Assembly: GCA_005776885.1 (NCBI GenBank)
Contig: SXOD01000019.1
Coordinates: 33,577 to 97,576 of the forward strand
Source of the DNA: Planctomycetia bacterium
GTDB taxonomy: Bacteria; Planctomycetota; Phycisphaerae; Phycisphaerales; SM1A02
Length of the DNA stretch: 64,000 bases
Reading direction: 5' to 3'
Shown: one piece after another, positions 26,735 through 36,834 of the stretch
Layout: every line of letters starts with the position of its first letter
Numbering within the stretch: position 1 is the first letter of the stretch
Notes under the pieces: model-generated
What the model saw: the letters and a program-made list of their open reading frames with translations, nothing else
What the model was told of the DNA's origin: nothing
The model's database searches: none
Made by a program: the position numbers and the translations under genes

Positions 26735-28969
26735 ATGGACGCGAGCGTCGAGCCCAACCCCGGTCCCCCGCCAACCCGCCCGCCGATCGCTCGGCAGGCG
26801 GGTTTTTTCTCGAGTGCCTCTTCCAGAGGCTGGCTCTCTGGCGTCGCGGTCGGTGGCGTCACGATCGTCGTCGCATGGATGATCGTGCTGCTCGCGAGCT
26901 CCGACTGGGGAGCACCCAGTGCCTTTCCATCGATCCTGCTCGTGGACGGATCACTGGCAGCCCTCTGGCTTGCCGCTGCATTGGGGATCGGGATGCTGGT
27001 GGTGCGGCAGGCCGGGATGGCGTCAGCATTGTTGAGGTTCGATTTCTTGTGGCTCTCCTGGGGTGTTGGGGTCGCGCTGCTCGCGGCCATCGACAGCGCG
27101 CTCGGCTCGCTCGGGTGGCTGGGTGGGTTCTCCGTCGTACTCATCGTGGCCGGGGTCCTGTCCATCCTCTGGGTCGCCCGAAGCGCTGAGGGACGGGTTG
27201 GCTGGCCAGGAGCTGTCGGTGTTCGCGACAACAGCACACGACTCACGCTCACCATCCTCCCGATTGCGGCACTCCTCGCCGCAGCGGCATCCGCCCCCGG
27301 ATGGCTCTGGCCCACTGAGTTTGGCGGGTACGACGCGCTGGCTTACCACTTGCAGGGCCCACGTGAGTGGATGGAGATCGGCCGAATCCAGCCCCTCGGG
27401 CACAACGCCTACACCTTTCTCCCCAACTGGATCGAATCCGCATTCCTCCACCTCATGCTGCTCAAGGGAGGCACGCCCACCACGGCCGCATGGGAATCCG
27501 CCGTCGCGTGCCAGTTCCTGTGTGCTGGAATCACCGTCGTCGCGGCGGGTGCAGCGGGCTCCGCAGCAGGAATGATCGCGGGCAGCGGAACTCGGGGGAT
27601 CGCACGGGGGCTGGTCTTGGCCACGCCTTGGGTGGTGGTGACGGGATCACTGGCCTACACGGAGTGTGGCGTCATGCTGGGATGCTCGCTCGCGATCGCG
27701 ACCACGGCGATCATGGTTCGCGAAGACCTGGGACGACGACAGCGGACGTGTGCTGCGGCGATCGCGGGATTGGGCGTGGCACTCGCGATCGGCAGCAAGG
27801 CCTCCTCCGTCGCCCTTGTGGCCCTTCCATTGGCACCGCTGGCCATCGCAAGTCTCCTGTCCTGCCCGCGAAACCAGCGTCCTTGGCTGGTGCTGGCGGC
27901 GCTTGGGGCGATCTTCGTGCCTCTGGCGCCGTGGCTCGTTCGCAATGCGATCGCCATCGGCAACCCCGTGTTCCCCTTTGGAGTCAGCCTCCTTGGGTCC
28001 GGCAGCGGAGAGACGGCACTCGCTTGGACCACAGAGGAGTGTGCTCGATTTGCCGAGGCCCACCACGAAACGATCGCTCCGTGGGGTTGGCTCGCACAGC
28101 TCTGGGACCAATGGTTCCGCTTCGGATTCGGGACCGCTCCCAATGAAGAACCGTGGCTGCCACAGTGGGGGCCGATGCCGTGGCTCATCGCGGTGGGTGC
28201 GGTGGTTGCGTGGGGTGCGGCCGCTCGGCGCGCCGCTCCGCTCCTGCGATGGATTTCGCTTGGGCTGGCGCTGCAGTTGGCCCTGTGGGTGGGCGTCACG
28301 CACATGCACAGTCGGTTCCTCATCCCGACCATCGTGCTCGGGGCCGTGCTGGCGTCGCCATTGCTCCTGGCGATTGCAGCCCCTCGATCACGCCGTGGGT
28401 TTGGCCCACGCCTCATGACGGCGACGTTGGTGCTCTTGAGTGCCTTCCCGGCCGTCCTCCTGCTTGGCTTGCGGACGGCTCCCGTCAAGCCGCTCGACTT
28501 TGTCGGGGCGGAACGCATCGCGACGGGCGAGCTGGTGGGTGCGATGCTGCGCGACGGGGGCGCAGACCGCCGAGAGTGGCTCTCCATCGCCGAGCAGTCC
28601 GGGTCGCCGTTCGTGCTCAACGAAATGCTGGAAGCGGGAACGCGCGTGCTGCTCATTGGTGAGTCGGCACCCTTCTGGATCCGCGGCCCATTCGAATACG
28701 CCACCGTCTGGGATGGAGCCGGGCTGGTCCCACACGGGGCGCTGTCGCTTCCCACCCCCGAAGCATGGATCGAAGGGCTTCGGGCTCGTGACATTCAGGC
28801 TGTCCTCGTGGACGAGTCCATGCTGCGCCGCTGGCGTTCGCGCGGCTGGCTCCATCCGGCCATCGACCCCGACGAACTGGACTGGCTATTCGCGGAACTC
28901 CAACCATTGACGACGACGCGCTCGGGCACGCTGTATGCCGTGCCTCCGGCCAAGGAGCAGGGCCAATGA
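26735..28969 (+). CDS. Large polytopic membrane protein, possibly a GT-C-fold glycosyltransferase
   Basis: 744 aa with more than 10 hydrophobic helices followed by a soluble C-terminal domain. The function is a guess from architecture only. Confidence 0.6.
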   Translation: MDASVEPNPGPPPTRPPIARQAGFFSSASSRGWLSGVAVGGVTIVVAWMIVLLASSDWGAPSAFPSILLVDGSLAALWLAAALGIGMLVVRQAGMASALLRFDFLWLSWGVGVALLAAIDSALGSLGWLGGFSVVLIVAGVLSILWVARSAEGRVGWPGAVGVRDNSTRLTLTILPIAALLAAAASAPGWLWPTEFGGYDALAYHLQGPREWMEIGRIQPLGHNAYTFLPNWIESAFLHLMLLKGGTPTTAAWESAVACQFLCAGITVVAAGAAGSAAGMIAGSGTRGIARGLVLATPWVVVTGSLAYTECGVMLGCSLAIATTAIMVREDLGRRQRTCAAAIAGLGVALAIGSKASSVALVALPLAPLAIASLLSCPRNQRPWLVLAALGAIFVPLAPWLVRNAIAIGNPVFPFGVSLLGSGSGETALAWTTEECARFAEAHHETIAPWGWLAQLWDQWFRFGFGTAPNEEPWLPQWGPMPWLIAVGAVVAWGAAARRAAPLLRWISLGLALQLALWVGVTHMHSRFLIPTIVLGAVLASPLLLAIAAPRSRRGFGPRLMTATLVLLSAFPAVLLLGLRTAPVKPLDFVGAERIATGELVGAMLRDGGADRREWLSIAEQSGSPFVLNEMLEAGTRVLLIGESAPFWIRGPFEYATVWDGAGLVPHGALSLPTPEAWIEGLRARDIQAVLVDESMLRRWRSRGWLHPAIDPDELDWLFAELQPLTTTRSGTLYAVPPAKEQGQ

Positions 28970-29967
28970 CATCAGCCGTGCTTCAGCTCGCCGAACGCGG
29001 ATCGGTCAGCGCCGCCGCCATGACGATGAGAGTCGCGGCCTTGGTCGGTGCGTCGATCGTGGTCTCGGGCTGCGCGCCAGGCCCGCAGGTGTCGCGCGTG
29101 AAATCGGAGCCGCCCGCGGCCGAATCGGCGCCAGCAGGCCAGGGCACGTCCTCCCAGGGCGCTTCGCCGCGGCCGGTGGCGCTGGCCAACGGCGAGGCCA
29201 TCATGCCCGCGCAGCTGGAAACTCGACTCCGCGAGATGGCGGGGCCCGACGTGCTGGACGAGCTGGTCCTGGAATCGGCATTGCGCGAGGCGCTGCGCGC
29301 GCGCGGCCTGTCAGTCACGGAAGGCCAGTCCTCCTCGGAAGAGCAACTCTTCATCGAACTTCTGGGAGGCGATGAGCCGGGAGCGGTGCTCGCAGCGTTT
29401 CGGTCCCGCCGTGGAATGGGGGATGTGCGCTGGAAGGCCTTGCTGTGGCGAAACGCCGCGCTCCGCGCGCTCACCGCGCCGGATGTGCGCGTGCCGGCAT
29501 CGGCGGCGGAGCAACTGCACGCCATCCGCCACGGCGAGCGCCGGGTGGTGCGGCTCATTGCCGTTCGGACCGCCGAGGACCTGGCCAGCGTGCGGGCCGC
29601 CCTGGAGTCCGGTGATCGGTTCGAGTCCGTTGCGCTCGCACAGAGCATCGATCCCAGCGCGTCGCTCGGCGGACTCATCGGCCCGGTCAGCGTCGCAGAT
29701 CCGGCGATTCCCCCGGCGCTGCGCAAGGCGGTCTCCCAAGCCGCCGAAGGCGCCATGACCGAACCCATCATGCTTCCAGGGTCCATCGTGATCGCTCGCG
29801 TGGAGCGAGTCCTTCCCGCCGACGACGTCAGCCTGGAACTGGTCCGCACGCAACTGGAACGAGAGGCACTGCTCCGTGCGCAGCGCGCTGCGATGGACTC
29901 TCTGGCGGCTCGATTGCGGTCCGAGAGCCGCGTGACGGTCATCGACCCGACGCTTGAGCGACGGTGA
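28966..29967 (+). CDS. SurA/PrsA-like lipoprotein with a degenerate parvulin PPIase domain
   Basis: ATGA overlap with the upstream gene. Has a lipobox (IVVSGC). The C-terminal segment RVVRLIAVRTAEDLASVRAALESGDRFESVALAQSIDPSASLGGLIGPV...PGSIVIARVE resembles parvulin-type rotamase. An alternative start lies at 29020. Confidence 0.6.
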   Translation: MTSAVLQLAERGSVSAAAMTMRVAALVGASIVVSGCAPGPQVSRVKSEPPAAESAPAGQGTSSQGASPRPVALANGEAIMPAQLETRLREMAGPDVLDELVLESALREALRARGLSVTEGQSSSEEQLFIELLGGDEPGAVLAAFRSRRGMGDVRWKALLWRNAALRALTAPDVRVPASAAEQLHAIRHGERRVVRLIAVRTAEDLASVRAALESGDRFESVALAQSIDPSASLGGLIGPVSVADPAIPPALRKAVSQAAEGAMTEPIMLPGSIVIARVERVLPADDVSLELVRTQLEREALLRAQRAAMDSLAARLRSESRVTVIDPTLERR

Positions 29968-30006
29968 CGGACGTGACGACGAAGGTCTCGGCGGTGCCGG
30001 GATGGG

Positions 30007-31140
30007 TCACGTCCGCATGGCGGCGATGCGCCAGGCGGCCAGGGGGACCAGCAGCGCGATGGGCAGCATGAGGCCGACGGCGGTCCCGAGCCACGGGTTC
30101 GGCACGGCGAGCGCCCCGAGCGACACGATCCCGAGCGGCACCATGAGTGCCGCGGATTCGATCGCCGGCTTGAGGAGGCCGCCCGGCTCGCGCGTGAGGA
30201 GGAACGGGATGCTGATCGCCAGCAGGGCGAGGTTCACGATGAGCACGGCGATCCGCGAGCCAACCAAGTGGCGGTAGGACACCGGGCCGATGGCACTGGT
30301 GGATCGCATCTGGCGAAGCGTGGCGGTCGAGATCAGGTGGGCACTGAGGGCGCTTCGACGAAGGGCAAGGCTCGCCGGACTCAGGTCCGAGGGCACTGCT
30401 GCGACCGGCGTCGTCAACTGAACCTGCGACCCTGTGGCGACCGCCCCCTGCCGATCCTGCGCACGCCCGTCGACCAGGACCCACGCGCGATCGCGCTCGG
30501 ACCAGTTCGCCCGTGGGGCCGAGACGCGCCGCTGGATCCGGCCATCGTCACCGCGCCGGTAGATCACGACGTTTTCCATCGTCCCTTCTGCCGCGTTGAA
30601 CGTCGAGGCCCGAAACAGATTGCCGGCGGAATCCACCTCGAGCGGGATCGCCCAGTGCGGCCCCTTGCCGTGGAGGTCACGGATGTCCATCGAGAGGCGG
30701 CCGGCCAGCCGAGGAAGCACCACTTCCTGGTTCACGACTTGGAGGGCACAGAGAAACGCGCCTCCAAGGAGGATCGGTGCGGCGACTCGCTGCAGCGAGA
30801 TTCCGGCGCAGAGCATCGCTATCAACTCGCGGTCCTTTTGCATCCTGGCGACCGTGAAGCCTGCCGCGGCAACCGAAACGAGGCCGAACAGGTACTGATA
30901 GAACTGGAAGACCCTGGGGCCGTGGAACGCCGCGATGGTCCCCAGCACCTGCCACCACTCGACGTTGTCGCCCTTGGGAAGGATCGCGGCGGTCGCCCGG
31001 CGGAACTCCTCAAGACGGAGGACGGCATCGATGAGTGTCGCGAAGGCGAAGAGCATCGCGAAGAGGATGACGAAGTCCTGGAGGAATCGGCGGAGAATGT
31101 GCCGGTCCAGCCGCGTCCCCAGTGGCAGGAACGCGCTCAT
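30007..31140 (-). CDS. LptF/LptG-family LPS export permease
   Basis: ATG at 31140 inside ORF 30007..31203; overlaps the upstream paralog's stop (ATGA). Shows LDRHILRRFLQDFVILFAMLFAFATLID, typical of the YjgP/YjgQ family, with six TM segments and a central periplasmic domain. Confidence 0.8.
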   Translation of the reverse strand: MSAFLPLGTRLDRHILRRFLQDFVILFAMLFAFATLIDAVLRLEEFRRATAAILPKGDNVEWWQVLGTIAAFHGPRVFQFYQYLFGLVSVAAAGFTVARMQKDRELIAMLCAGISLQRVAAPILLGGAFLCALQVVNQEVVLPRLAGRLSMDIRDLHGKGPHWAIPLEVDSAGNLFRASTFNAAEGTMENVVIYRRGDDGRIQRRVSAPRANWSERDRAWVLVDGRAQDRQGAVATGSQVQLTTPVAAVPSDLSPASLALRRSALSAHLISTATLRQMRSTSAIGPVSYRHLVGSRIAVLIVNLALLAISIPFLLTREPGGLLKPAIESAALMVPLGIVSLGALAVPNPWLGTAVGLMLPIALLVPLAAWRIAAMRT

Positions 31141-32804
31141 GGGTAGGTTGCCTTTCGGAGTCCCAGGAGCGCCATCGTGAGCATCACGGCCGGGCCGCTC
31201 CACATGACGAGGAGGCCGGCGAGTGGATCACCATCCCGCAGCAGTTCCTTCCCCTGCGCAGCGAGAATCACGGCGATGAGGGTTGGCAGGAAGGCGACCA
31301 GGTACACGGCAAGCGGCGACGCCCGCCGAAGCAGGACCGCCGCAACGGCGCCCAGGAGCGCGACGATCGGCACCAACACGGCCGCATGCACGCGCAGGTG
31401 GAGGTACGCCCCCGCGTGGCGCTGCACGGTCTTGCTGGACTGTTCCCACTGCGCCAGGAGTCGATCAACTTGTGCGGACCACGGTCCCTTGGAGTCGATC
31501 GCGGCGGCGGCGGCGGCTCGAAGCTGTTCGTCGGTCGCGCCCAGGAGCGGCTCCGTGGCCACACGGAGGCCCTCCACCCGGTGAGGCCACCGCAGCGGCG
31601 CGCCATTCGCGGCACTGGTGGCGCGGGGTTCCTGGCACACCATGTCGGTCGCAACCCACATCCCCCCCTCCAGGTCCAGCCATTCACCGCGGGCCCGATC
31701 GAGTGATGCCGACGCCATGGTGGCCGTGCGAAGGAGCGTCTCGCCGTCCCGTTCCTCGATCCGGATCTGGGACGCGCCGGCGACGGGCCGAAGCACTCGC
31801 CCCTGCAACTGCGCCCCGCTGACGGTGTAGGTTCGTGACGTGGCGGGGTCAACCAGCACCATTGGGTTCCCCTGCGCCAGCTGCGCGCTCGCCGAGAGGA
31901 ATGCCGCGGCATCGGCCACGTCCATCTCCAGTCGTCGCCGGGCCTCCAGCGCCTGCGCCGTCTGGCCCGGCTCGCTGAGTGCCGCGACGAGCGCGTCGCC
32001 GGTGAGGAACTGGGTCGGACGCGCACCCACCGCTCCGATCACGAAGGCGCTTGGCTCCACCACCGGAACACTGGCCGCGCTGCCATCGATGGGTCGAACC
32101 AGCACGGCGTCTTCCAGCCGAAGCTTGAGGGCCGTCGCTGGCGGCTGCGCACCGCGCGCGGGGAGCTCATAGAGGTCCACGACAGCGCGCTTGGCCACGA
32201 ACTCAGTCAGCGGCTGCCCCTTGGCATCCGTCTCGAACGCAGCCACTCCCTCCAGGAGCAGTCGTTCCCGGGGACGCAGCTCGCCAGGGGAAGCGGACGC
32301 CACGGGGATGGCCAAGTCGCTGGCCGCATCGGCATGGATGACGACATTGCCGGCGGCGACACTCTCGCCATCGCGCAGCTGCGAGAGGACCACACGCCCC
32401 GCCTCGCGGGCCAGCATCTCCCGCATGAGGTTTTCGACTTCCGGTACGGCGGTGTTCACCAGCACGAAAAGCCCCAACCCGCAGAGCGTCCCCACCGCGG
32501 CCTGCGGGACCAGGATTCGCGTCATCGGGATCCCAGCCGAACTCATGGCGGTGATCTCGTTGTCCACCGCCATCCGGTGCGTGGCCAAGGTGCACGCAAA
32601 TCCAGTGGCAAACGGCACGGCGTACTCAAGGACCGGGACGGCCGCCATCAACGCATACCGCAGCGCGGAGAGCGGCCCCAGCAGATTGGCGGCGAGCGGC
32701 TTGATGAGCGAGCCGAACGCCACCACCACGACCAGGACGGCGGCCGTGACGACAAAGACCTTGAGCAGGTCTGAAGTGGCGTAGCGAAAGAGGATGCCGC
32801 GCAT
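31137..32804 (-). CDS. LptF/LptG-family LPS export permease with an enlarged periplasmic domain
   Basis: 555 aa. Starts MRGILFRYATSDLLKVFVVTAAVLVVVVAFGSLIK. It has three N-terminal and three C-terminal TM segments flanking about 300 aa of soluble insert. Confidence 0.8.
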   Translation of the reverse strand: MRGILFRYATSDLLKVFVVTAAVLVVVVAFGSLIKPLAANLLGPLSALRYALMAAVPVLEYAVPFATGFACTLATHRMAVDNEITAMSSAGIPMTRILVPQAAVGTLCGLGLFVLVNTAVPEVENLMREMLAREAGRVVLSQLRDGESVAAGNVVIHADAASDLAIPVASASPGELRPRERLLLEGVAAFETDAKGQPLTEFVAKRAVVDLYELPARGAQPPATALKLRLEDAVLVRPIDGSAASVPVVEPSAFVIGAVGARPTQFLTGDALVAALSEPGQTAQALEARRRLEMDVADAAAFLSASAQLAQGNPMVLVDPATSRTYTVSGAQLQGRVLRPVAGASQIRIEERDGETLLRTATMASASLDRARGEWLDLEGGMWVATDMVCQEPRATSAANGAPLRWPHRVEGLRVATEPLLGATDEQLRAAAAAAIDSKGPWSAQVDRLLAQWEQSSKTVQRHAGAYLHLRVHAAVLVPIVALLGAVAAVLLRRASPLAVYLVAFLPTLIAVILAAQGKELLRDGDPLAGLLVMWSGPAVMLTMALLGLRKATYP

Positions 32805-32820
32805 CGCGAGTGGCAGCGCG

Positions 32821-34221
32821 TCAGCGCATGCCGTATTCCTTCAGCTTGCGATAGAGCGTCCGCTCGCCCATGCCGAGGAGCTGCGCCGTCTTTTCCCTAT
32901 TCCCCTGCGTGAGCGACAGGGTCTGGCGGATCGCCTCGCGCTCCAGCTGCTCGATGCCAATCCCGGCCAGGCTCCCCCGCACGGGATGCGAGGCCGCTTC
33001 GTCCCCTTCGGCCTGGCGGATCTCGTCGGGGACATCCGTGACCTCGATCGTGCCACCCGGCACCATCACCAGCACCCGGTGCACGGTGTTCATGAGCTCG
33101 CGAACATTGCCGGGCCATGCGTAGGTGACGAGGCGCATCATGGCGCCGTCCGTGAAGTTCGGGGCGGGCCGACCCAGCTCGTGCGCAAAGCGCGCGGCCG
33201 CGTGCTTGACCAGGACAGGGATGTCCTCGCGGCGTTCACGGAGCGCCGGCAGGTGGATCTCGGTGCCGCGGAGACGGAAGTAGAGGTCCTCCCGGAACTG
33301 GCCCGACGAACACATCGCCTTGAGGTCCCTGTTCGTGGCGCTGACGAACCGGACGTCGACCCTTCGCGGCTCGTTGGCTCCCAGCCTGATGATCTCGCCC
33401 TTCTCCAGGGCCCGGAGGATCTTGGGCTGCATGCCGATGGGCATGTCCCCGATCTCGTCGATGAAGAGCGTCCCTCGGTCGGCGTACTCAAACACCCCCT
33501 CGCGGTCCCGATCGGCCCCGGTGTACGCGCCCCGCATGTGGCCAAACAACTGGTCCTCCACGAGGCTCTCGCTCATGCCCGCGGCGTTGAAGGGGACAAA
33601 TCGCTTCTCGGCCCGCTGGGACAGCTGGTGGATGGCTCGAGCCACCAGTTCCTTGCCCGTGCCGCTCTCGCCCGTCACCAGGACCGGCAGCATGCTGGGG
33701 GCCACACGCCGAATGGCGTCGGTGACGGCCCGCATGCCGGGAGAGACGCCGATGATCCCGCCAAGTCCGTAGGCAGCGTCCACCTGCCCGCGCAAGTCAG
33801 CATTCGCGGCCCGAAGTGCCACGGTCTCGGCGGCCCGTTGCACGAGGGTCCGAAAGACGTCCAGGTCCAGTGGTTTCTCGATGAAGTCGTACGCCCCGCC
33901 CTTGAGGGCCGCCTTGGCCGTCGGGATGTCGCCGTGGGCGGTGACCATGATGGTGGCGGCCGCGGGCTGGTGCTCCTTGACGAGCCGGAGGACCTCCAGG
34001 CCGGCGTCGGGACGCTCCATCACGAGGTCGGTCACGACCACGTCGAAGTTGCCGAAGGAGAGCTCCTCCGAGGCCGCGGCGAGCGAGTCCACGACCGTGC
34101 AGATGTGGCCCGGCTTGCGCAGCGCGTCCGCCATGACCTCGCCGTGCTCCGGTTCGTCGTCAACGATGAGGACCTGGGCCTGAAGCGAGCTCGTTCCGGC
34201 GTCGGTCATCGAGGTGCCCAT
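32821..34221 (-). CDS. Sigma-54-dependent response regulator (NtrC family)
   Basis: Receiver domain (VLIVDDE...VVTDLVM), AAA+ sigma-54 interaction domain (VLVTGESGTGKELVARAIH, GAYTGA, GTLFIDEIGDM, RFVSATNRDL) and a Fis-type HTH (REKTAQLLGMGERTLYRKLKEYG). Start at ATG 34221 or 34209. Confidence 0.9.
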   Translation of the reverse strand: MGTSMTDAGTSSLQAQVLIVDDEPEHGEVMADALRKPGHICTVVDSLAAASEELSFGNFDVVVTDLVMERPDAGLEVLRLVKEHQPAAATIMVTAHGDIPTAKAALKGGAYDFIEKPLDLDVFRTLVQRAAETVALRAANADLRGQVDAAYGLGGIIGVSPGMRAVTDAIRRVAPSMLPVLVTGESGTGKELVARAIHQLSQRAEKRFVPFNAAGMSESLVEDQLFGHMRGAYTGADRDREGVFEYADRGTLFIDEIGDMPIGMQPKILRALEKGEIIRLGANEPRRVDVRFVSATNRDLKAMCSSGQFREDLYFRLRGTEIHLPALRERREDIPVLVKHAAARFAHELGRPAPNFTDGAMMRLVTYAWPGNVRELMNTVHRVLVMVPGGTIEVTDVPDEIRQAEGDEAASHPVRGSLAGIGIEQLEREAIRQTLSLTQGNREKTAQLLGMGERTLYRKLKEYGMR

Positions 34222-34277
34222 TGTAGAGTTTCGTGACGCGCCGCATTCGCCACAGTGGCCCCGCGGCGCGGGCCGAT

Positions 34278-35801
34278 ATGGATGCCGTGAACCAACCATC
34301 AGTACCAGTCGTGCCGAACGGGGAGGGCGTCACGGCGTGGGCTCTGCCCCCAGTCGCCGCTCGCTCAAGCGTCGCTGGCCGTCGAGTTCACTTCGTCGGC
34401 ATAGGAGGGTCGGGGATGTCTGGGCTGGCGATGCTGGCACGGTCCATGGGTGCGATCGTCACTGGCGAAGACCGGGAGGCGTCGGAACTGACCGATGCGC
34501 TCGCCGCCGCCGGCGTGCCAATCGCCCTCCAGACACCGGGCAGCCTCCCCGCGGACTGTGACCTGCTGGTCTCGAGCGCCGCCGTCCCGGCCGAGCACCC
34601 CGCCCGACAGCTGGCCGTCTCCCGACACTTGGGTGTTCGGACGTACGCGGAGTTCCTGGGAGACCTCCAGCGTGAACGCACCGGCATCTCCGTCGCCGGC
34701 ACACACGGCAAGAGCACCACCTCGTCGCTTCTGGGGTACCTCCTGGCGCACGCGGGACTTGACCCGAGCGTGGTGGTCGGGGCGACCTGCTCCCAACTTG
34801 GCGGCGGATTCCGGACTGGTGCAATGACGGTCCCCGCCGGCCCCCTGGCGGGGGAGCCTGGGTTCTTCGTGGCGGAGGCGTGCGAATACACCAACTCGTT
34901 CCACCGCCATTCGCCGCGATTCGGGCTCGTCAACAACATCGAGGCCGATCACCTCGACTTCTTCGCGGACCTGAATGCTGTCATCGACGCCTTTGCCGGC
35001 TTTGCGCGCCGGCTCCCGTCAGCGCGCGATGGAGGTCGACTCCTCATCGCGTCGCAAGGCGCCTTCGCCGAGCGGGTGACTGCCGACGCCACGTGCGACA
35101 CGAGGACTTTCGGCACCGATGACGCTGCGCACTATCGAGTGTCGTGGTCGCCCTCCACGCGGACCGTTGCCGTCCACGAGGGATCAATCGAGGTGCTTTC
35201 CTGGCACCCATCCCTCCCGGGGGCACACAATCGGCTCAACGCAGCTGCGGCAGGCATCTTGGCGCTCTGGGCGGGTGCCTCGCGTGCGGCGGTCGAAGAG
35301 GGGCTCGCCACTTTTGCGGGTGTGGACCGCCGGATGCAACGGCTGGGCACCTACGCCACCCGTGACGGCGGGACCGCCGTGGTGGTGGACGATTACGGAC
35401 ACCATCCCACCGAGTGCCGTCTCAGCCTCCAGGCGCTCCGTGAGCACTACCAGCCGAGACGGCTCTACTGCGTGTTCCAGCCCCACCAGCACAGCCGCAC
35501 ACGATTCCTCCTCGAGGACTTTGCCCGATCGTTCCACGCGGCGGACCGGGTCCTGCTGCCCGACATCTACTTCGTGCGCGACTCCGAGTCCGAGCGGCAA
35601 CTTGTCTCCGCGAGGGACTTGGTCGATCGCATCCGTGCGCTCGGTGGGTCGGCCGCGTACACGGCCCCCTTCAGCCTGGCCACGTCCACACTCATGGACG
35701 AACTCCGTGATGGCGACGTCGTGGTCACGATGGGTGCTGGGCCAGTCTTCAAAGTTGCCCGCGCGCTTCTGGCCGGGAGCCCGGCCGACGCGGACCGGTA
35801 G
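34278..35801 (+). CDS. murC: UDP-N-acetylmuramate--L-alanine ligase
   Basis: Shows VHFVGIGGSGMSGLA and AGTHGKSTTSSLLGY with Mur ligase middle and C-terminal domains. Start at ATG 34278, or at 34233 as the longest ORF. Confidence 0.9.
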   Translation: MDAVNQPSVPVVPNGEGVTAWALPPVAARSSVAGRRVHFVGIGGSGMSGLAMLARSMGAIVTGEDREASELTDALAAAGVPIALQTPGSLPADCDLLVSSAAVPAEHPARQLAVSRHLGVRTYAEFLGDLQRERTGISVAGTHGKSTTSSLLGYLLAHAGLDPSVVVGATCSQLGGGFRTGAMTVPAGPLAGEPGFFVAEACEYTNSFHRHSPRFGLVNNIEADHLDFFADLNAVIDAFAGFARRLPSARDGGRLLIASQGAFAERVTADATCDTRTFGTDDAAHYRVSWSPSTRTVAVHEGSIEVLSWHPSLPGAHNRLNAAAAGILALWAGASRAAVEEGLATFAGVDRRMQRLGTYATRDGGTAVVVDDYGHHPTECRLSLQALREHYQPRRLYCVFQPHQHSRTRFLLEDFARSFHAADRVLLPDIYFVRDSESERQLVSARDLVDRIRALGGSAAYTAPFSLATSTLMDELRDGDVVVTMGAGPVFKVARALLAGSPADADR

Positions 35802-36805
35802 TGGTGTCCTCCAGCGGAGTCAGCATGTCCATGGCCACGAACAGCAAGTCATCCCCTGGCAACAGGGCGGAGGGCCGCGACGCGATGCTCCTCAGTGACC
35901 TGGATGTCACGGTGGAACCGATGGCGGACTTGGGCCAAAGGACGTGGTTCAAGACGGGGGGCCGCGCCGACCTCCTGGTCACGCCGCAGTCCGTCGAGGC
36001 GCTGGCAACGTTGACGCGTCGAGCGTGGCACGATGACGTCCCCGTTCGCCTCCTCGGTGGTGGCGCCAACCTGCTGGTGTTGGACGAGGGGGTGGACGGC
36101 CTCGTGGTGTCGCTCGACGCTCCGGCGTTTCGACTGCTTCAGGTGGAGCGCGGCGGAGCCTCGGCATCGATTCGAGCCGGGGCGGGCCATGACCTTTTCG
36201 CGCTGATGCATGAGCTCAATCGGGCGGGGCTCGGCGGGCTGGAACACCTCGCCGGGATTCCGGGCACCATCGGCGGCGCCGTCGTCATGAATGCGGGGGG
36301 CACCTATGGCGATACCGCGCAAGCGTTGACGACGGTCGAGGTGATGGATGCCCGCGGTGACCTCGCGATCCACGAGCGCGCCAGTCTGGAGTGCAGCTAC
36401 CGTCATGGCGGCATCCCGTCCGGGATCGTCACCCGAGCGACCTTCCGGGTGGAACCGACGGACCCGGCGACGCTTCGCAAGAAGTTCCAGGAGCTGTTCT
36501 CCTGGAAGAAGTCTCGCCAGCCATTCGCAGCCTCCAGCGCTGGATGCATGTTCAAGAACCCAATCGATCCCCTGTCCGGGGCGCGCGTGAGTGCCGGGCT
36601 GCTCATCGACCGCGCCGGGCTCAAGGGCCTTCGCTCGGGTGGCGCGTACGTCAGCCCCGTCCACGCCAACTTCATGGCACTTGACGCCGGCGGGACTGCG
36701 ACGGACATCGCGGCGCTCGCCAACGTCGTGGTGGCACGAGTGCTTGACCACTCCGGAGTCCGGCTTGAACGCGAAGTCGTGTTCTGGGGACGCCACCCGG
36801 CCTGA
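35801..36805 (+). CDS. murB: UDP-N-acetylenolpyruvoylglucosamine reductase
   Basis: Shows TWFKTGGRADLLV, LLGGGANLLV, AGIPGTIGGAVVMNAGG and SAGCMFKNP, typical of MurB. The GTG at 35801 overlaps the last base of the murC stop; an ATG at 35825 is an alternative start. Confidence 0.9.
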   Translation: MVSSSGVSMSMATNSKSSPGNRAEGRDAMLLSDLDVTVEPMADLGQRTWFKTGGRADLLVTPQSVEALATLTRRAWHDDVPVRLLGGGANLLVLDEGVDGLVVSLDAPAFRLLQVERGGASASIRAGAGHDLFALMHELNRAGLGGLEHLAGIPGTIGGAVVMNAGGTYGDTAQALTTVEVMDARGDLAIHERASLECSYRHGGIPSGIVTRATFRVEPTDPATLRKKFQELFSWKKSRQPFAASSAGCMFKNPIDPLSGARVSAGLLIDRAGLKGLRSGGAYVSPVHANFMALDAGGTATDIAALANVVVARVLDHSGVRLEREVVFWGRHPA

Positions 36806-36834
36806 CACCCCTGCGAGACGTTGAGGAAAGAAAC

